From: a virus
Taxonomy: Duplodnaviria; Caudoviricetes
Reading direction: 5' to 3' (one strand)
IMG/VR virus record: IMGVR_UViG_3300031555_001469
Length of the DNA stretch: 64,000 bases
The notes beneath the pieces were generated by a model that saw only the letters and a program-made list of their open reading frames with translations, was not told the DNA's origin and ran no database searches. The translations under genes and the position numbers were made by a program. How positions within the stretch are numbered: position 1 is the stretch's first letter; each line of letters begins with the position of its first letter. Shown in pieces: positions 61,448-64,000 of this stretch.

Positions 61448-62395
61448 CTTTTTACTACCTCCTTTTTACATATTAATTCAATGTTCCAGAGTCTACAGTA
61501 TTATACCCCGAACATTTATGTAATTTAAAGTAAGAAGGGAGGCAATTCGAATGCCAATTATTCCAAACTTTCCAAAAAGACAAACCTATGCTTCGGAACA
61601 GACAAGAGGTTTGTGTAAAAAAGAAGATGTGACATTTCTTCGATCTTTACAAAATAAATTAGATTCTGCTGGTAATATTATTGGTAGAAAAATACATTCG
61701 TTAGCTTCATTAACAGATCTTAATGAAGCGATTAATCTTGCTAATAATGATATCGTAATAGTACTTGGTAACGAGTCTATTTTAGACGATGGACTTATTA
61801 GATTTTATCTCATCTCAAATGAGTCATCTTGGGTTACAGATAAGGATATTATAGCCCTGCCTTTCAATAATTTATATGCTAAATTAATAGTAAAATTGAT
61901 TGATGATGCATTAATTGATGAACAGCTCGCTTCTATTATTACAAGCTATAGTGAAAATGTAGATGTTCTTGAAAGCGATATCGCTGCTATTATTGCATCT
62001 GTAGGTACTGAAGACTGCGAGGAATTAGTCAATTCCAGAATTGATGAGAATGATATTTCTCATAAATCTCTTAAGGAAAGAATAGATAATATTGCTATTC
62101 TTTGCGATAATAGAGATATGAAAAGATATGGAGTAAAGTTTAGCGGTGTTAATTCATATGGCACAAGATTGTATAATGCATATGGAAAAACTGCTCAGGC
62201 TTCTACCGATACTATTAAAGGAAAGAATGATTTTGATTCAATTTATCCATGGAGTCATGTTGTAAGGTGTAATGGATATTATGAAGAGGATGGTACTTTT
62301 GTAGTTACTGCATATGACGGAGAACCAGGATTTGCTTTAGATGGTTCTAATGGTAATGTATGGGTAGAAATACCTAAATTCTATATTAGAGAAGT
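60603..62395. repeat. 98-bp inverted repeat pair (60603-60700 and 62298-62395), 96/98 identical
   Basis: aligned by eye; two synonymous C/T differences. Confidence 0.85.
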
Positions 62396-63455
62396 ATTAG
62401 ATATTAATGATGATCTTGTAATGGAATTATGCCCTGCTCAGTTAGGAGAATATAGATTACCAGAAAAATTCATTAATTCTGATGGTACTACTAAAGAAAA
62501 AGCATATATTGCTGCTTATAATGTGTCTAAATATAATGATGCACCTGCATCAGTTTCAGGTTTAACTCCTGAATATGGTTCATATGAATCATTCTTAACT
62601 GATATTCAGACAACACTCGGAGAAGATTATTGTGGCTATACAGTAGATGATTATGAAATTATAAGATTCTTATTCTGTATTGAATATGCCACAAGAAACT
62701 CTCAGCTTAAAATGTACGGAGCAACTAAGCTTACTCCAAATAGTAAACTGGTTGCTGCTACAGAATCTAATGTGTTAACAATTGAATCTACTTCGGTAAA
62801 TTATGTAGTAAATGAGAATTGTTATATTGCAGATTCTGAAGGAAATATTGTTTTAGATGATATCACTATTACAGCAGTAAACACCAGCGGTGATACTACA
62901 CAATTAACTATTGATGCTACTATAGAAATATTAGATGGATATAGTGTAGTAGCAAAACCTTGGAAAACTGGATCTACTGATTCTGTTTTAGCACCATCTG
63001 GATCCCCTGTAAGTAATATATCTGGTATGTATCCATGTAGATATAGATATATCGAAAACCCTTGGGGTAACCAGTGGAACATTTTATATCAGACTTTATG
63101 TAAAGTAAATAAGATTTATTTTACCAAAGCCGCAACAAATTTGTCTAATAAGACTTCTAATAAATATCGTGTATTAACCTATGAATGTCCAGAAAGCAAT
63201 GGTTATATCACATATTTAGGAACTGATGATAGATTTCCTTCCTGTAGATTTCCAAGTGAAATAAATGGAGGAAATTCTTATACTGCTTATGCAGATCTTT
63301 ATACAACAGATAATCTTTCTGATGATACTACAGCTGTGCTTATTGGTGGTAGTCTTAGCTACGGTGTTTCTGCTGGATTATATGCTATTGAAGTTAGCAC
63401 TATAACAAGCTTAGTTGACAAGAGTTTCGGAACCAGATTATCATACTCTAAATAA
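61551..63455 (+). CDS. tail fibre/receptor-binding protein, paralogue B
   Basis: colinear homology with 59540-61447 along the full length. Confidence 0.75.
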   Translation: MPIIPNFPKRQTYASEQTRGLCKKEDVTFLRSLQNKLDSAGNIIGRKIHSLASLTDLNEAINLANNDIVIVLGNESILDDGLIRFYLISNESSWVTDKDIIALPFNNLYAKLIVKLIDDALIDEQLASIITSYSENVDVLESDIAAIIASVGTEDCEELVNSRIDENDISHKSLKERIDNIAILCDNRDMKRYGVKFSGVNSYGTRLYNAYGKTAQASTDTIKGKNDFDSIYPWSHVVRCNGYYEEDGTFVVTAYDGEPGFALDGSNGNVWVEIPKFYIREVLDINDDLVMELCPAQLGEYRLPEKFINSDGTTKEKAYIAAYNVSKYNDAPASVSGLTPEYGSYESFLTDIQTTLGEDYCGYTVDDYEIIRFLFCIEYATRNSQLKMYGATKLTPNSKLVAATESNVLTIESTSVNYVVNENCYIADSEGNIVLDDITITAVNTSGDTTQLTIDATIEILDGYSVVAKPWKTGSTDSVLAPSGSPVSNISGMYPCRYRYIENPWGNQWNILYQTLCKVNKIYFTKAATNLSNKTSNKYRVLTYECPESNGYITYLGTDDRFPSCRFPSEINGGNSYTAYADLYTTDNLSDDTTAVLIGGSLSYGVSAGLYAIEVSTITSLVDKSFGTRLSYSK

Positions 63456-63469
63456 GGAGGATTATAATA

Positions 63470-64000
63470 ATGGCTGTTATAAATAGTTTACCACTCACTG
63501 CCAAATACCATAATGTAGATGCTAGACGAGATGGTTTAATGTCTAAAGAAGATAAGGTAAAACTTGATGGTTTAGAATCTTCTTTTAGTTATGAGTTTTT
63601 AGTTGACCCATTAGATTGGGAACAGAATGATGATGGGGATTATGTGGCTTCTGTTAAAGTACCAGATCTTGCTTCTAATATGTATGCTGTACTTATTCCT
63701 CAGAGTTCTTGTACTAAGAAACAATACTATGCTATCGTTGATAGTAATTTAGATGTAAGAAATGCTGCTGATGGTACGATCGAAATTACAACAGGATCTA
63801 TACCAGAAATAGCATTACCTTTAAATGTATTATATTCGGCAAATGCTGTTATGATATCAATGCCACAGATTTATAAAGAAGAAAATGCGGTTTATGAATT
63901 TACTTTAAGAGCTGCTGACTGGACTGGAGAAAGTGCTCCATATACTCAGACAGTAGTTGTTGAAGATCTTAATCCTAATATGTATGGTGCAGTATCTTTA
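63470..64000 (+). CDS. tail-fibre-like protein, truncated by the window end (MAVINSLP...)
   Basis: AGGAGG RBS; RDGLMSKEDK repeat and the same tandem domain as 56211-58358. Confidence 0.7.
   Translation, partial: MAVINSLPLTAKYHNVDARRDGLMSKEDKVKLDGLESSFSYEFLVDPLDWEQNDDGDYVASVKVPDLASNMYAVLIPQSSCTKKQYYAIVDSNLDVRNAADGTIEITTGSIPEIALPLNVLYSANAVMISMPQIYKEENAVYEFTLRAADWTGESAPYTQTVVVEDLNPNMYGAVSL

Larger units (their letters stand above)
9409..61523. promoter_or_regulatory. dispersed (A/G/C)ACA-N6-TAA promoter motif (minus: 9409, 18785, 20354, 32196, 41981, 46433, 55690, 58392, 61473; plus: 22662, 23010, 39353, 46473, 51338, 61511)
   Basis: exact 6-nt spacing, oriented toward and just upstream of an RBS; matches the AR9 non-virion RNAP consensus AACA-N6-TA. 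Confidence 0.75.

Noticed and set aside
2742-63082. Many short antisense ORFs in the ORF track (e.g. 4005-4400, 33935-34294, 34894-35256, 36141-36599, 36866-37297)
   Set aside because: They lie opposite well-supported genes, lack RBSs and have shadow-frame composition.
59540-63455. Diversity-generating retroelement acting on the lectin-like fibre C-termini
   Set aside because: No reverse transcriptase in the window. Repeat mismatches are synonymous C/T rather than adenine-specific, and both copies are coding.
1-64000. Stop-codon reassignment
   Set aside because: Conserved genes are full length in the standard code, and TAG and TGA both end genes that are followed by new RBSs.
1-64000. Bacterial chromosome (gyrA, gyrB, ligA, recA, ftsZ, MCP present)
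   Set aside because: These genes are highly divergent, RNAP beta is split in the phage manner, there are no ribosomal or metabolic operons, and a tail module and phage-type promoters are present.

Overview
AT-rich, gene-dense 64 kb segment of a jumbo bacteriophage related to phiKZ and AR9/PBS1. The host is probably a motile, spore-forming Firmicute (Clostridia/Lachnospiraceae-like; inferred from strong GGAGG RBSs, a SpoIIID homologue, a sporulation-type sigma factor and a Cache-domain chemoreceptor). Transcription, replication and partition genes: split multisubunit RNA polymerase beta subunits (non-virion betaN and betaC, plus a small virion-type betaC), NAD-dependent ligase, RecA/UvsX, FtsZ/TubZ-family tubulin, GyrA and GyrB, Dda/RecD-like and DnaB helicases, SbcD/Mre11 and a PD-(D/E)xK nuclease. 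There are also early accessory cassettes, and a virion/tail module runs from about 46.5 kb to the end. Two recurrent promoter-like motifs occur: TATATTAT and (A/G/C)ACA-N6-TAA. The most striking unexplained element is a ~450-nt end-paired non-coding RNA at 15321-15769 (-). It contains a circularly permuted tRNA-like module and a 7-nt-periodic repeat tract, and lies directly downstream of a DIP1984/DUF6847-like coiled-coil gene. Other notable items: a recurring (I/V)xPI(I/V) terminal motif on DNA-transaction proteins, a shared IDW/NLL(D/E)W terminal motif on likely virion cargo, a phage chemoreceptor, a G-quadruplex-rich intergenic origin candidate, and head-to-head tail-fibre paralogues sharing a 98-bp near-perfect inverted repeat. 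All family assignments come from motif recognition by eye; no database search was run.
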